Shown one piece after another: positions 1 to 13,987 of a stretch of 64,000 nt of DNA (position 1 is the first letter of the stretch; the number at the start of each line of letters is the position of its first letter). The stretch lies in the NCBI RefSeq assembly GCF_054482595.1, contig NZ_CM137008.1; one strand, written 5' to 3'. Under the pieces are notes generated by a model, which had not been told where the DNA came from, did no database searches, and saw only the letters and a program-made list of their open reading frames with translations. Position numbers and translations under genes: made by a program.

Positions 1-439
<439 letters not shown>

Positions 440-508
440 TTAAATGGGAGATGTGGCCACAGCCTGCGACCACAGGGATACAGTAACAACATTACCGCAA
501 CGATAACA

Positions 509-1852
509 TTAACGGTAGCGTTTTATGGGGCTATTTTGATCCTGTTCAGCCAGCCAGGCGAGCTTTTCGCCAATCTTGCCTTCAAGGCCCCTGTTTGTCG
601 GGAAATAATAGCGTGTTTGTGCTATTTCCGGCGGGAAGTAAACCTCACCGGCAGCATAAGCGTTTGCTTCATCATGAGCGTAACGATATTCCTGCCCGTA
701 GCCCATTTCCTTCATTAATTTCGTCGGCGCATTACGCAAATGAACCGGCACGTCATAATCCGGGCGTTCGCGAGCATCGGCCAGCGCGGCTTTAAACGCA
801 GTGTAGACAGCGTTGCTTTTTGGCGCGCAGGCCAGGTAAACAATCGCCTGAGCAATGGCGCGTTCACCTTCCGCCGGGCCAACGCGAGTAAAGCAATCCC
901 AGGCCGCAATTGCCACCTGCATCGCCCGTGGATCGGCATTACCGACGTCTTCAGACGCAATCGCCAGACAGCGACGCGCGACATATAACGGATCGCCACC
1001 AGCGGTAATAATTCGCGCATACCAGTACAGCGCCGCATCGGGTGCGCTACCACGTACCGACTTATGCAGTGCGGAAATCAGATCGTAAAAGCGATCGCCT
1101 TTGTTATCAAAGCGGGCGCTACGTTCACCGGCGATTTCGGTCAGTAATTCAGGCTTCAGGACCCGCTTACCGCTATCATCGACTTCGGCCATATCCGCCA
1201 TCATTTCCAGCGTATTTAACGCCCGGCGCGCGTCGCCATTCACCAGTTCAGCAATGGCGCGTCGTGTTTCATCTGGCAGAATAATATCCTGACCACCATA
1301 GCCACGGGTTTTGTCTTCCATCGCCTGAGTTAGTACTTGCTCAATATCCTCTGTACTCAGGGATTTCAACAGATAAACACGGGCACGGGAAAGCAGTGCC
1401 GAATTAAGCTCAAACGACGGGTTTTCAGTGGTTGCGCCAATAAAAGTGATGGTGCCGTCTTCAATATGTGGCAGAAATGCATCCTGCTGGCTTTTGTTGA
1501 AACGGTGAACTTCGTCAACAAAAAGAATAGTGCGGCGACCTGCATTGCGGTTTTGCCGGGCGCACTCGATCGCCTCGCGAATCTCTTTCACACCAGAGGT
1601 GACGGCAGAAATACGTTCCACATCAGCGTTCGCATAGCGGGCAATCACTTCAGCGAGGGTTGTTTTGCCGGTACCCGGTGGCCCCCAGAGGATCATAGAA
1701 TGTAAATGCCCGGCTTCGATAGCGCGCGGCAACGGCTTCCCCGCAGCCAGCAAATGTTGCTGACCGATATACTGTGCTAAATTTTCTGGCCGCATACGCG
1801 CGGCCAGAGGTTGAAAAGTATTATCCGAAAAATCGAGCGACAGATTGCTCAC
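509..1852 (-). CDS. rarA: Recombination-associated AAA+ ATPase RarA/MgsA
   Basis: 447-aa ORF with Walker [12 protein letters not shown] and overall RarA sequence; conserved position between serS and lolA. Confidence 0.95.
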   Translation of the reverse strand: MSNLSLDFSDNTFQPLAARMRPENLAQYIGQQHLLAAGKPLPRAIEAGHLHSMILWGPPGTGKTTLAEVIARYANADVERISAVTSGVKEIREAIECARQNRNAGRRTILFVDEVHRFNKSQQDAFLPHIEDGTITFIGATTENPSFELNSALLSRARVYLLKSLSTEDIEQVLTQAMEDKTRGYGGQDIILPDETRRAIAELVNGDARRALNTLEMMADMAEVDDSGKRVLKPELLTEIAGERSARFDNKGDRFYDLISALHKSVRGSAPDAALYWYARIITAGGDPLYVARRCLAIASEDVGNADPRAMQVAIAAWDCFTRVGPAEGERAIAQAIVYLACAPKSNAVYTAFKAALADARERPDYDVPVHLRNAPTKLMKEMGYGQEYRYAHDEANAYAAGEVYFPPEIAQTRYYFPTNRGLEGKIGEKLAWLAEQDQNSPIKRYR

Positions 1853-1862
1853 TCAGGTGCCT

Positions 1863-2474
1863 CTACTTACGTTGATCATCTACCGTGACGCCTTGCGGCG
1901 GGGTGAAGGTAAATTTCGCTGCATCCACAGCCCCATTTTGCTGGGATTTCAGTTGATAACTGCTGCGCTGATCGTCCTGCTCCACCGCGCTAAACTGATG
2001 GATTGTGCCATCACGTCCCACGTTAATGGTGAACTGCTTCAGATTGCCATTGCTGGCTTTCGGCGTCAGGACAAAGTCATCGCCATTCTGTTTGATATTG
2101 TACTGCTGCCAGTCGCTGGACTGGTTGCGGGCAATCAGCATAAACGGTGTATTACCGGTGACATCTTTCAGCCAGGTTGCCGTAGCTTGCTCAACGAACG
2201 GGTTATAGAACCACAGTGTTTTACCGTCAGAAACCAGAATGCTTTCATCAGGTTGAGTCATATGCCAGTTGAATAAGTTTGGACGTTTCACCCACAGATC
2301 GCCCTGACCTTCCTGCACCGCCGCGCCGCTACCGTCAGTCACTTTTTGTGTAAAGCTGGCGTGGAAGCTGCTGACTTTATCCAGGCGACTTTTCAGATCG
2401 CTTGCGGCATCAGCCCAAACGCTGCTTGCTACTAAGCTTGAGAGTAATGCACAGGTGATGGCAATTTTTTTCAT
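1863..2474 (-). CDS. lolA: Outer-membrane lipoprotein carrier LolA
   Basis: ORF matches LolA with signal peptide ([21 protein letters not shown]); ORF track starts one Met earlier at 2477. Confidence 0.93.
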   Translation of the reverse strand: MKKIAITCALLSSLVASSVWADAASDLKSRLDKVSSFHASFTQKVTDGSGAAVQEGQGDLWVKRPNLFNWHMTQPDESILVSDGKTLWFYNPFVEQATATWLKDVTGNTPFMLIARNQSSDWQQYNIKQNGDDFVLTPKASNGNLKQFTINVGRDGTIHQFSAVEQDDQRSSYQLKSQQNGAVDAAKFTFTPPQGVTVDDQRK

Positions 2475-2586
2475 CATTATTCCTCAAATTACGTCACTCC
2501 CGACCGGGAGTTCCCTCTACTCTCTATTCCAGGCTAATAATCAGCTTGAGGAAAGAAGAAAATACTGAATTTTCAGTTGATAGAGT

Positions 2587-2618
2587 GCCGGATGCGACGC
2601 TACCGCGCCTTATCCGGC
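2587..2618. repeat. REP (repetitive extragenic palindrome) element
   Basis: gccggatgcgacgctaccgcgccttatccggc: typical GC-rich imperfect palindrome of the E. coli REP family, in the lolA-ftsK intergenic space. Confidence 0.7.
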
Positions 2619-2628
2619 AATGCATTAA

Positions 2629-5600
2629 TTAGTCGAACGGCGGTGGGGCCAGCACTTCACGATTACCGTTGTGCCCCTGTTCGCTGACAATCCCCTGCGC
2701 TTCCATCTGTTCGATAATACGCGCTGCACGGTTATAACCAATGCGGAACTGACGCTGTACGCCAGAAATTGACGCTTTGCGTTTTTCAGTGACAAACTGC
2801 ACCGCCTGATCGAACAACGGATCCAGTTCTTCAGCGCCATCGAAACCACCCGCACCACCTTCGCTTTCGCTGTCGGAGGTGATGCCATCAACATACTGTG
2901 GGCGACCACGCGCTTTCCAGTCCTGCACCACGGCATGAACTTCCTGATCGCGAACAAAAGCACCATGGACACGTACCGGCAACGTGGAGTTCGGCCCAGA
3001 GTAGAGCATATCCCCCATACCCAGCAGTGATTCCGCGCCAGCCTGATCAAGAATGGTACGTGAGTCAATCTTACTGGATACGGTAAAGGCGATACGGGTC
3101 GGAATATTCGCTTTAATCAGACCAGTAATAACATCAACCGATGGACGCTGAGTTGCCAGTACGAGGTGGATACCCGCGGCACGGGCTTTTTGCGCCAGAC
3201 GTGCTATCAGCTCTTCCACTTTTTTACCTACTGTCATCATCAGGTCGGCAAATTCGTCCACCAACACCACAATGTATGGTTCTTTTTTCAGCACCGGATG
3301 CTGGGCATCCATACTGTCACCCGGCTTCCAGTACGGGTCTGGAATCGGACGCATCATGCGATCGGCTTCAGCAATTTTTTCGTTATAACCCGCCAGATTA
3401 CGCACACCCAGCGCAGACATCAGTTTATACCGACGCTCCATCTCGTTAACACACCAGCGCAGCGCGTTGGCGGCATCTTTCATATCAGTAACGACTTCCG
3501 TTAACAGGTGCGGAATGCCTTCATAAACCGAAAGCTCCAGCATTTTCGGGTCGATCATGATGAAACGCACATCTTCTGGCTGTGCTTTATAAAGCATGCT
3601 CAGGATCATCGCGTTCACACCGACAGATTTACCGGAACCGGTAGTCCCCGCAACCAACAAGTGCGGCATTTTCGCCAGATCGGCAACCACCGGCTCACCG
3701 GCGATATCTTTACCCAGCACCACGGTTAATGGCGACGGATTATCGCGGAATTTGGCGTTATCCAAAACTTCGCGCAGATAAACGGTTTGTCGTTTTTTAT
3801 TTGGTAACTCCAGACCTACATAGGGTTTGCCAGGAATAACTTCAACGACACGCACCGCCACCGTCGAAAGTGAACGGGCAAGGTCCCGTGACAAGTTAGA
3901 AATGCGCGCCGCTTTTACGCCAGGAGCCAGGTTAAGTTCAAAGCGAGTGATAACTGGCCCCGGAGAGTAATTGACGACATCGGCTTTAATACGGAAATCA
4001 GCCAGACGCGCTTCCACCAGACGCGCCATTTGTTCAAGCGCAAAGGTATCTACCGGCTCCACTTCGCTCGGCGGCGGTGTCAGCAAATCCAGAGAAGGCA
4101 GCGGCGTCGTCGGTTTGTGCAACGGACGGCTGTCGCCATTACGCATCAACAGCGGATGAAGCAGGGTATCCTGCGGCTGTGGCGCAACTGGCTGTTGTGG
4201 CTGCTGATACTGCGGCTGCGGTGCAACCGGTTGTTGCGGCTGTTGATACTGCGGCTGCGGCGCAACTGGTTGTTGCGGCTGTTGATACTGCGGCTGCGGT
4301 GCAACCGGCTGTTGCGGCTGCTGATATTGCTGCTGTGGCGCAACCGGCTGTTGTGGCTGCTGATACTGCTGCTGCGGTGCAACCGGCTGTTGCGGCTGCT
4401 GATACTGCGGCTGCGGTGCAACCGGTTGTTGCGGCTGCTGTACAGGTTCAACAATTGGCGTAAACAACGGTTCGTGTGGACCATCATCCAGCAACGCTTT
4501 CATTGGCGAAAATTCAAAATCATCCAGCGAGAACGGATTCGCCCCAGCCGGTTGTTCGCCGGAATAACGTTGTTGTTGAGTTTGCGCAAACTGACGAGCC
4601 AGTTCAGCCTCTGCCGCAGCATCTGCATCTTCTGCGTTTACGGGCACATCATGTTGATACTGTTCGCCATAGCGTTGCTGCTGTGTCTGGGCGAACTGAC
4701 GTGCCAGTTCATCCTGCTGCATCGCATCGATTTCATCATCGTTGTACTGATCGCCAGAATCGTACTGATTGCGCTGGGCTTCACGGGCTTTTTCTTCCGC
4801 CGCACGCTGTGAGGGCAGCTTAATACCGTAAGACGCCAATTCACGACGAGTTGGCACGCGGATACGTTTCGGTCGTGGCAACTGCGGGCCAATCCCCTCT
4901 TTGACCTGCGGACGCGGTCCACCGCTATTTGCCAGACTGAAGACTGGCGCGGCAACGGTTGCGGCAGCCCCCGTCGCCAGTGTCGCTTTTTTCACGCCAG
5001 ATGCCAGCGGAGAAACAGCGGCAGCGGCTTCTACTGGAGGTACTGCTGCAACAGAAGGTGCTTTCAGCGAAGATTTGATCGGTTCTGGTTCTTTAACCGG
5101 TTCTGGAATCGGTTGATACCAGGCCGCAAGTTGTTCACGTTCACGGGCTCGCTTCTCTTCCACTTCTTCAAAGTAGTAAAGCGGCGGACGCGCGGGTTTT
5201 GTCTCTTCTACAACGGGTTCAGGCTCCACAACAGGCTGCTGTTCAACAGGTTGCGGCTGTTGGTACAACGGCTCCTGAGCGGCTGGCTGCTGATAAGTTT
5301 GCTCAGTCTGGTATGTAGACTGTGGAGCAAAAGTGGATTGCTGCTCTTCGGCTTGCCAGGCGTTACCTGCCACCGGTTGTTCTGGCGCAGGGGCATAATA
5401 CGGCTGTTGCGCAGGCTGTTCCGGCGCAGTTGCGTAATACGGTTGCTGAACAGGTTGTTCCGCCGCAGGAGCGTAGTAAGGTTGTTGCGCAGGTTGTTCA
5501 GCTGCAGGTGCATAATACGGCTGCTGCGGCTGTACTGGTTGTTGCAGCGGCTCATTATATTGCACTGCAGGCTGCGCATATTGTGACTGCTGTGGGTAAC

Positions 5601-6735
5601 CTTCCGGTGCAGGAGCAATAACCGGCTCTCCCGTTTGTGGACCCGGTACAGGCTGCCAGGCTACTGTAGGTTGCGAAGGTGGAACATCAACAGAGGCAAC
5701 AGGCGGCGTCTGAGTCACAGGTTCAACCGGCGCAGCCCAGCTTTGTGTCGCCGTGGTAGCAGCAGCTGCTACAGCGACAGGTTCGGTAATTGGCGCACCA
5801 TTTAATAATGGATCGTATTCGTCATATTCTGGCTGCGTTGCACGATTGCCCGAAAATAGGACGTCGTCAGGGTCGGCAGCCACACCGCGTGCAGTGTAGG
5901 TAATATCTTCTTCATCATCCATCCGCTTACCGGAGAACAGCGCAGCATCTGTTTGCCGCCCCATCGGATTAATGAATTTTTCCGCCAACCGTTTACGACG
6001 CGCTAGCGCGCCGCGAAGAATACGGGCACGGCGTGATTCATGCTGTTTGCCGTGGTTTTCATCTTCATACTCTTCGTCATCTTCATATTCATCTTCATCG
6101 ACCCAGGTATCATCGCGACGGGTACGATTACTGGCGAAGGTGAGAATGTTTAAAATCCAGCCGCCGAGTTTTTCAGCAATGGTCACCCATGACCAACCGG
6201 TGAACAACGTCAGGCCCGCTGCCCAAACGCAGAGCAGCGCAATAGTTCCCCCGCTACTGTGTAGCAGTGGTTGTAGCGTAGTGCTTAGTAAGCTGCCAAT
6301 GACGCCACCGGAGGCAAAATACCAGATATCGTCAGCGTTGATTGCCGCCAGACCACAGGAGGTAAGGATGAGCGCCAAAACGCCAATGATGCGTAGCGAA
6401 ACGGCAAAATAATCAATGTATTCGTCGCTGGACTGATGACGCCAGGCAAACCAACAACCGCCGACAATAATGACGGGAATGGTGTAAGCCATCACGCCAA
6501 AAATAAAGAACAGCGTATCTGCCAACCACGCACCGGGCATCCCACCTAAATTATGGATAGGTTCATGCCAGGCCGTTTGCGACCAGCTGGGGTCCGAAGG
6601 GTTAAAGCTTAGTAAGGCAGCCATCAACCAGACGGCAAACAGGACAATAAGGATCAGCAACGCCTCCAGAAGGCGGCGGCCGCTACTTAACTTTGTCAAT
6701 GTGACTTCTTTGTCTTCAGTGTATTCCTGGCTCAA
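2629..6735 (-). CDS. ftsK: DNA translocase FtsK (1368 aa)
   Basis: N-terminus [23 protein letters not shown], membrane domain, long Pro/Gln-rich linker, C-terminal motor with Walker A GTTGSGKS and winged-helix gamma domain. Confidence 0.96.
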   Translation of the reverse strand: MSQEYTEDKEVTLTKLSSGRRLLEALLILIVLFAVWLMAALLSFNPSDPSWSQTAWHEPIHNLGGMPGAWLADTLFFIFGVMAYTIPVIIVGGCWFAWRHQSSDEYIDYFAVSLRIIGVLALILTSCGLAAINADDIWYFASGGVIGSLLSTTLQPLLHSSGGTIALLCVWAAGLTLFTGWSWVTIAEKLGGWILNILTFASNRTRRDDTWVDEDEYEDDEEYEDENHGKQHESRRARILRGALARRKRLAEKFINPMGRQTDAALFSGKRMDDEEDITYTARGVAADPDDVLFSGNRATQPEYDEYDPLLNGAPITEPVAVAAAATTATQSWAAPVEPVTQTPPVASVDVPPSQPTVAWQPVPGPQTGEPVIAPAPEGYPQQSQYAQPAVQYNEPLQQPVQPQQPYYAPAAEQPAQQPYYAPAAEQPVQQPYYATAPEQPAQQPYYAPAPEQPVAGNAWQAEEQQSTFAPQSTYQTEQTYQQPAAQEPLYQQPQPVEQQPVVEPEPVVEETKPARPPLYYFEEVEEKRAREREQLAAWYQPIPEPVKEPEPIKSSLKAPSVAAVPPVEAAAAVSPLASGVKKATLATGAAATVAAPVFSLANSGGPRPQVKEGIGPQLPRPKRIRVPTRRELASYGIKLPSQRAAEEKAREAQRNQYDSGDQYNDDEIDAMQQDELARQFAQTQQQRYGEQYQHDVPVNAEDADAAAEAELARQFAQTQQQRYSGEQPAGANPFSLDDFEFSPMKALLDDGPHEPLFTPIVEPVQQPQQPVAPQPQYQQPQQPVAPQQQYQQPQQPVAPQQQYQQPQQPVAPQPQYQQPQQPVAPQPQYQQPQQPVAPQPQYQQPQQPVAPQPQDTLLHPLLMRNGDSRPLHKPTTPLPSLDLLTPPPSEVEPVDTFALEQMARLVEARLADFRIKADVVNYSPGPVITRFELNLAPGVKAARISNLSRDLARSLSTVAVRVVEVIPGKPYVGLELPNKKRQTVYLREVLDNAKFRDNPSPLTVVLGKDIAGEPVVADLAKMPHLLVAGTTGSGKSVGVNAMILSMLYKAQPEDVRFIMIDPKMLELSVYEGIPHLLTEVVTDMKDAANALRWCVNEMERRYKLMSALGVRNLAGYNEKIAEADRMMRPIPDPYWKPGDSMDAQHPVLKKEPYIVVLVDEFADLMMTVGKKVEELIARLAQKARAAGIHLVLATQRPSVDVITGLIKANIPTRIAFTVSSKIDSRTILDQAGAESLLGMGDMLYSGPNSTLPVRVHGAFVRDQEVHAVVQDWKARGRPQYVDGITSDSESEGGAGGFDGAEELDPLFDQAVQFVTEKRKASISGVQRQFRIGYNRAARIIEQMEAQGIVSEQGHNGNREVLAPPPFD
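4171..4443 (-). repeat. In-frame 39-bp tandem repeat (about 7 units) in ftsK linker, encoding [13 protein letters not shown] units
   Basis: Direct reading: ctgcggctgcggtgcaaccggttgttgcggctgttgata repeated head-to-tail with minor variants. Confidence 0.85.
5375..5530 (-). repeat. Second in-frame 39-bp tandem repeat (about 4 units) in ftsK linker, encoding [13 protein letters not shown]-like units
   Basis: Repeated ggctgttgcgcaggctgttccggcgcagttgcgtaatac-like units visible in sequence and in the translated protein. Confidence 0.75.
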
Positions 6736-6869
6736 GAAAGGCTCTCCAGGTTACAGGCTTTTCCTGCCCGATGCTAAAACGGACAACAGTACCAGGTTAC
6801 CCCAGTACTGTTGCTGTATGGATTAACAGGAGTGTAATCAAAATACGCCGATTTTGCACCTGTTCCGTG

Positions 6870-7364
6870 TTAGCGCGTCTTAATAACCAGACGATTACTC
6901 TGCTTGACTTCTTCCATAACAACGTATGTCCGTGTGTCATTGACGCCAGGCAGACGCAGCAGGGTTTCCCCCAGCAACTTACGGTAGGCTGACATATCCG
7001 GCACGCGTGTTTTCAACAGGTAGTCGAAATCACCGGATACTAAATGACACTCCTGAATTTCTTCAAGTTTTTGTACAGCGGTATTGAATTGTTCAAACAC
7101 ATCCGGTGCGCCACGATTCAGAGTAATCTCAACGAATACCAGAAGTGATGCATCCAGATAATGGGGGTTCAGCAGCGCCGTATAGCCCTGAATAAACCCT
7201 TGTCTTTCCAGCCGACGCACACGCTCAAGGCACGGCGTTGGGGAAAGTCCCACACGTTTAGAAAGCTCGACGTTAGAAATACGCCCATCCTTTTGCAACT
7301 CATTAAGAATGTTACGATCGATACGGTCGAGATCTTTGCCAGGGCGCTTCTTGCTATCTACCAT
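6870..7364 (-). CDS. lrp: Leucine-responsive regulatory protein Lrp (164 aa)
   Basis: ORF contains MVDSKKRPGKDLDRIDRNILNELQKDGRISNVELSKRVGLSPTPCLERVRRLE...; start trimmed from the ORF-track extension to the known Lrp N-terminus. Confidence 0.95.
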   Translation of the reverse strand: MVDSKKRPGKDLDRIDRNILNELQKDGRISNVELSKRVGLSPTPCLERVRRLERQGFIQGYTALLNPHYLDASLLVFVEITLNRGAPDVFEQFNTAVQKLEEIQECHLVSGDFDYLLKTRVPDMSAYRKLLGETLLRLPGVNDTRTYVVMEEVKQSNRLVIKTR

Positions 7365-7791
7365 TATTATTGTCTCTCTGTATTCCTTCCCTACTCCTGT
7401 CTGACCCTGAAACATCACTGTTCAGAGTCGCTACCCGTCACGATAGACCGAAATCATGAAGATTCACGGCGCGCAATGCCTGGGTCTACGGTGAGAAGAC
7501 CGTTGCCTTGTGGCAGCTATCGACATCACGAATGGCGTCTGTCCACGCCATACGTAGATTTCACTAGCACGGTAAACATGGTATTTACATGCATGGTTAT
7601 GCGCATATAAGAATACTGTTTTTTTTCTTCCTCGAATGTTTTCGCAAAACACCAGGGGATTGTCAAAGCAAAACATCGATTTTTAGTACAACATGCCAGA
7701 TATTCATTAACAGGGGCGTTTATTCATCATTTAATCGGCTTATAAAGCGGGAAATTTAAGTAGCAGAGGTGATAATGACGGGAGAATTTGA

Positions 7792-8874
<1,083 letters not shown>

Positions 8875-8902
8875 TTTTACAAATCAGTAACAAAAGTAAA
8901 GA

Positions 8903-8940
8903 AGGCGACACCTTGCGACTATGGGTCGCCTTTATTTTTT
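8903..8940 (+). terminator. Rho-independent terminator downstream of trxB
   Basis: Stem aggcgac...gtcgcct followed by a T-run (tttatttttt). Confidence 0.65.
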
Positions 8941-8996
8941 CCCCGTTGTAACATTGCTCTGCAAATAATTCTGATAACTCACCTGCTAAGCGTGCA

Positions 8997-10763
8997 ATGA
9001 ATAAATCTCGTCAAAAAGAGTTAACCCGCTGGTTAAAACAGCAAAGCGTCATCTCCCAACGTTGGCTGAATATTTCTCGTCTGCTGGGCTTTGTAAGCGG
9101 CATATTGATCATTGCCCAGGCCTGGTTCATGGCGCGAATTCTGCAACATATGATTATGGAGAATATTCCCCGTGAAGCCCTGCTGCTTCCCTTTACGTTA
9201 CTGGTTCTGACCTTTGTACTGCGAGCATGGGTGGTCTGGTTACGCGAACGGGTGGGTTATCACGCCGGGCAGCATATCCGCTTTGCCATCCGCCGTCAGG
9301 TTCTCGACCGTCTGCAACAAGCAGGGCCAGCGTGGATTCAGGGTAAACCTGCGGGGAGCTGGGCGACGCTGGTACTCGAGCAAATTGACGATATGCATGA
9401 TTACTATGCACGCTACCTGCCGCAAATGGCGCTGGCAGTGTCGGTGCCGTTGCTGATTGTGGTGGCGATCTTCCCCTCTAACTGGGCTGCGGCGCTCATT
9501 CTGCTGGGCACTGCACCGTTAATTCCGTTGTTTATGGCGCTGGTTGGGATGGGGGCTGCCGATGCTAACCGACGTAACTTTCTCGCTCTTGCTCGCTTAA
9601 GTGGGCATTTCCTCGATCGCCTGCGCGGCATGGAAACATTGCGTATTTTTGGTCGTGGTGAAGCTGAAATTGAAAGTATTCGTTCTGCTTCGGAAGATTT
9701 CCGCCAACGGACAATGGAAGTGCTACGACTGGCGTTTTTATCCTCCGGCATTCTCGAATTTTTTACCTCGCTGTCAATTGCTCTGGTGGCGGTCTACTTT
9801 GGTTTTTCCTATCTCGGCGAGCTGGATTTTGGTCACTACGATACTGGCGTGACGCTGGCTGCGGGTTTTCTGGCCCTGATCCTTGCGCCAGAGTTTTTCC
9901 AGCCATTACGCGATCTCGGTACGTTTTATCATGCTAAAGCCCAGGCTGTTGGTGCAGCTGATAGTCTGAAAACGTTTATGGAAACCCCGCTCGCCCATCC
10001 GCAGCGCGGTGAGGCGGAATTAGCATTGACCGATCCGCTGACCATTGAGGCCGAGGATCTGTTTATCACGTCGCCGGAAGGTAAAACGCTGGCCGGACCG
10101 CTGAACTTTACTTTGCCAGCAGGCCAACGTGCAGTGTTGGTTGGTCGCAGCGGTTCAGGTAAAAGCTCACTGCTGAACGCGCTTTCTGGTTTTCTCTCAT
10201 ATCAGGGATCATTACGAATCAACGGGATAGAATTACGCGATTTATCACCAGAATCATGGCGTAAACATCTCTCCTGGGTTGGGCAAAACCCACAATTACC
10301 GGCAGCAACATTGCGGGATAACGTACTACTGGCGCGACCTGATGCCAGCGAACAAGAATTACAAGCAGCGCTGGATAACGCCTGGGTCAGCGAGTTTCTA
10401 CCGCTCCTGCCACAAGGCGTTGATACGCCTGTTGGCGACCAGGCTGCCCGCCTTTCCGTGGGGCAGGCGCAGCGCGTGGCGGTGGCCCGTGCGTTACTAA
10501 ATCCCTGTTCGCTATTACTGTTGGATGAACCCGCTGCCAGCCTTGATGCTCACAGTGAACAGCGCGTAATGGAGGCGCTGAATGCCACCTCTCTGCGCCA
10601 GACAACGTTAATGGTCACCCACCAGTTAGAAGATCTTGCTGACTGGGATGTCATTTGGGTTATGCAGGATGGCCGGATTATTGAGCAAGGACGTTACGCG
10701 GAATTAAGTGTGGCTGGTGGCCCATTCGCCACATTACTGGCCCATCGTCAGGAGGAGATTTAA
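8997..10763 (+). CDS. cydD: Cysteine/glutathione ABC exporter CydD (cytochrome bd assembly)
   Basis: 588-aa ORF, ABC transmembrane domain plus NBD (GRSGSGKSSLL, LSVGQAQR signature); abuts cydC. Confidence 0.95.
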   Translation: MNKSRQKELTRWLKQQSVISQRWLNISRLLGFVSGILIIAQAWFMARILQHMIMENIPREALLLPFTLLVLTFVLRAWVVWLRERVGYHAGQHIRFAIRRQVLDRLQQAGPAWIQGKPAGSWATLVLEQIDDMHDYYARYLPQMALAVSVPLLIVVAIFPSNWAAALILLGTAPLIPLFMALVGMGAADANRRNFLALARLSGHFLDRLRGMETLRIFGRGEAEIESIRSASEDFRQRTMEVLRLAFLSSGILEFFTSLSIALVAVYFGFSYLGELDFGHYDTGVTLAAGFLALILAPEFFQPLRDLGTFYHAKAQAVGAADSLKTFMETPLAHPQRGEAELALTDPLTIEAEDLFITSPEGKTLAGPLNFTLPAGQRAVLVGRSGSGKSSLLNALSGFLSYQGSLRINGIELRDLSPESWRKHLSWVGQNPQLPAATLRDNVLLARPDASEQELQAALDNAWVSEFLPLLPQGVDTPVGDQAARLSVGQAQRVAVARALLNPCSLLLLDEPAASLDAHSEQRVMEALNATSLRQTTLMVTHQLEDLADWDVIWVMQDGRIIEQGRYAELSVAGGPFATLLAHRQEEI

Positions 10764-12485
10764 ATGCGCGCTTTGCTACCCTATCTGGCACTGTATAAAC
10801 GTCATAAATGGATGTTAAGTCTTGGTATTGTGCTGGCAATTGTGACGCTGCTCGCCAGTATCGGTCTGTTGACACTTTCCGGCTGGTTCCTCTCGGCCTC
10901 AGCGGTTGCGGGGGTTGCCGGACTGTACAGCTTCAACTATATGCTACCCGCTGCGGGCGTGCGTGGTGCAGCAATCACCCGTACTGCCGGGCGTTATTTT
11001 GAACGTCTGGTAAGTCACGACGCGACTTTCCGCGTGTTGCAGCATCTGCGCATTTACACCTTCAGCAAATTGTTGCCCCTCTCCCCTGCCGGACTGGCGC
11101 GCTATCGTCAGGGCGAATTGCTCAATCGCGTGGTGGCGGATGTTGATACGCTCGATCATCTTTACCTGCGCGTTATCTCGCCGCTGGTGGGCGCTTTTGT
11201 GGTGATTATGGTGGTGACAATCGGGTTAAGTTTCCTTGATTTCACCCTCGCCTTTACGCTGGGCGGCATTATGTTACTGACGCTTTTCCTGATGCCACCG
11301 CTGTTTTATCGTGCGGGAAAAAGCACCGGGCAAAATCTGACTCATCTTCGCGGACAGTATCGCCAACAACTGACGGCCTGGCTGCAAGGGCAAGCTGAGC
11401 TGACCATTTTTGGTGCCAGCGATCGTTATCGCACGCAACTAGAGAATACAGAAATTCAATGGCTGGAAGCGCAACGCCGTCAATCTGAACTGACCGCATT
11501 GTCGCAAGCGATAATGCTGCTCATTGGCGCGTTAGCGGTGATCCTGATGCTGTGGATGGCGTCTGGCGGCGTTGGCGGCAATGCTCAACCTGGCGCGTTA
11601 ATTGCCCTGTTTGTCTTCTGCGCGTTAGCCGCGTTTGAAGCACTGGCACCAGTAACAGGTGCATTTCAGCATCTGGGGCAAGTCATTGCCTCTGCCGTTC
11701 GGATCACTGACTTAACGGATCAAAAACCGGAGGTCACCTTCCCTGATACCCAAACTCGTGTTGCCGATCGCGTTTCGCTGACGTTACGGGATGTTCAGTT
11801 CACTTATCCGGAGCAATCCCAACAGGCACTTAAAGGGATTTCTCTTCAGGTAAACACCGGAGAACATATTGCGATTCTCGGGCGAACCGGATGCGGCAAA
11901 TCAACACTGTTACAACTGCTGACCCGCGCATGGGACCCGCAACAGGGCGAGATTTTGCTTAACGATAGCCCCATAGCCAGCCTGAATGAAGCGGCTCTAC
12001 GACAGACCATCAGCGTTGTTCCTCAGCGAGTGCATCTGTTTAGCGCCACGCTGCGTGATAATCTGTTACTCGCCTCGCCTGGCAGTAGTGATGAGGCTCT
12101 GGCGGTGATCTTGCGTCGCGTTGGTCTGGAGAAGCTGCTCGAGGATGCAGGTCTCAACAGTTGGTTAGGTGAAGGCGGACGCCAGCTCTCCGGTGGTGAA
12201 CTGCGCCGTCTGGCTATCGCCCGTGCGCTGTTACATGATGCGCCACTGGTGTTGCTGGATGAACCTACCGAAGGCTTAGATGCCACAACCGAAAGCCAGA
12301 TCCTTGAATTGCTTGCAGAAATGATGCGTGAGAAAACGGTGTTAATGGTCACCCATCGACTTCGCGGGCTCTCTCGTTTCCAACAAATAATAGTGATGGA
12401 CAACGGGCAAATTATTGAGCAAGGTACTCACGCAGAACTGCTTGCCAGACAGGGGCGTTATTACCAGTTCAAGCAGGGTTTGTAA
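10764..12485 (+). CDS. cydC: Cysteine/glutathione ABC exporter CydC
   Basis: 573-aa ORF with ABC TMD and NBD (GRTGCGKSTLL, LSGGELRR); start codon immediately after cydD stop. Confidence 0.95.
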   Translation: MRALLPYLALYKRHKWMLSLGIVLAIVTLLASIGLLTLSGWFLSASAVAGVAGLYSFNYMLPAAGVRGAAITRTAGRYFERLVSHDATFRVLQHLRIYTFSKLLPLSPAGLARYRQGELLNRVVADVDTLDHLYLRVISPLVGAFVVIMVVTIGLSFLDFTLAFTLGGIMLLTLFLMPPLFYRAGKSTGQNLTHLRGQYRQQLTAWLQGQAELTIFGASDRYRTQLENTEIQWLEAQRRQSELTALSQAIMLLIGALAVILMLWMASGGVGGNAQPGALIALFVFCALAAFEALAPVTGAFQHLGQVIASAVRITDLTDQKPEVTFPDTQTRVADRVSLTLRDVQFTYPEQSQQALKGISLQVNTGEHIAILGRTGCGKSTLLQLLTRAWDPQQGEILLNDSPIASLNEAALRQTISVVPQRVHLFSATLRDNLLLASPGSSDEALAVILRRVGLEKLLEDAGLNSWLGEGGRQLSGGELRRLAIARALLHDAPLVLLDEPTEGLDATTESQILELLAEMMREKTVLMVTHRLRGLSRFQQIIVMDNGQIIEQGTHAELLARQGRYYQFKQGL

Positions 12486-12526
12486 GCTATTATTGAACGA
12501 TCCGACTTGCGTGGAGTTTTGCGGTC

Positions 12527-13231
12527 ATGCGCCTGGTTCAGCTTTCTCGCCATTCAATAGCCTTCCCTTCCCCGGAAGGCGCATTACGTGAGCCTAACGG
12601 CCTGCTGGCACTTGGGGGCGATCTTAGCCCTGCGCGCCTGTTAATGGCTTACCAGCGTGGTATTTTTCCGTGGTTTTCTCCGGGCGACCCCATCCTCTGG
12701 TGGTCGCCCGATCCCCGCGCGGTGCTATGGCCAGAATCACTGCATATCAGCCGTAGTATGAAGCGATTTCATAAACGCTCGCCCTATCGTGTCACGATGA
12801 ATTACGCTTTTGGTCAGGTCATTGAAGGCTGTGCCAGCGATCGCGAAGAAGGAACCTGGATCACGCGTGGCGTGGTCGAAGCCTACCATCGCCTTCACGA
12901 ACTCGGTCATGCCCACTCCATTGAAGTCTGGCGTGAAGATGAGCTTGTCGGCGGTATGTACGGCGTGGCCCAGGGAACGCTATTTTGTGGCGAGTCCATG
13001 TTCAGCCGGATGGAAAATGCGTCTAAAACGGCGCTTCTGGTATTCTGTGAGGAATTTATCGGTCATGGCGGTAAGCTTATCGACTGCCAGGTCCTTAACG
13101 ATCACACAGCATCGCTTGGTGCCTGCGAAATTCCCCGTCGGGATTATCTGAATTATCTCAATCAAATGCGCCTCGGACGATTGCCGAATAATTTCTGGGT
13201 ACCACGATGCTTGTTTTCACCACAAGAATGA
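12527..13231 (+). CDS. aat: Leucyl/phenylalanyl-tRNA--protein transferase
   Basis: 234-aa ORF matching Aat; conserved position between cydC and infA. Confidence 0.93.
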
Positions 13232-13512
13232 ATGTTTTCGGCACATTTCTCCCCAGAGTGTTATAATTGCGGTCGCAGAGTTGGTTACGCTCATTACCCC
13301 GCTGCCGATAAGGAATTTTTCGCGTCAGGTAACGCCCATCGTTTATCTCACCGCTCCCTTATACGTTGCGCTTTTGGTGCGGCTTAGCCGTGTGTTTTCG
13401 GGGTAATGTGCCGAACCTGTTTGTTGCGATTTAGCGCGCAAATCTTTACTTATTTACAGAACTTCGGCATTATCTTGCCGGTTCAAATTACGGTAGTGAT
13501 ACCCCAGAGGAT

Positions 13513-13734
<222 letters not shown>

Positions 13735-13773
13735 TTGTTTTACCGCCTGATGGGCGAAGAGAAAGAACGAGTA

Positions 13774-13803
13774 AAAGGTCGGTTTAACCGGCCTTTTTAT
13801 TTT
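13774..13803 (+). terminator. Rho-independent terminator after infA
   Basis: Hairpin aaggtcggtt/aaccggcctt followed by a T-run. Confidence 0.6.
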
Positions 13804-13987
13804 GTGATATGTATGAAGTACTTTGGAAGTATAAGTCCGTAACTTGTCTCGATGTAGATATACTGCACAACTTGTTTACAGTATGAGCAAACAATAATTA
13901 TCATTAAAATTCTTCTTGACCGTTTTACTCCAACTCCCTATAGTAGCGCCCCGTTGCCCCCCATGAGGTCAGGCAACAAAACAATTT

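Noticed and set aside
2625-3068. 147-aa minus-strand ORF overlapping the 3' end of ftsK in another frame
   Set aside because: Fully embedded in the conserved FtsK gamma-domain coding region; frame artefact.
4030-4812. Plus-strand ORFs of 128-260 aa (4030-4812, 4077-4463) and a 113-aa minus-strand alternative-frame ORF (4146-4487) inside the ftsK repeat region, giving Leu/Arg-rich or Ala-rich polypeptides
   Set aside because: They are alternative-frame or antisense readings of the 39-bp tandem repeats within a well-supported ftsK CDS; low-complexity translations with no start context.
6736-6869. Apparent gap between ftsK start and lrp stop as a possible small gene
   Set aside because: Only 134 bp, containing the ftsK promoter and ribosome-binding site and the lrp terminator region; no ORF of meaningful length.
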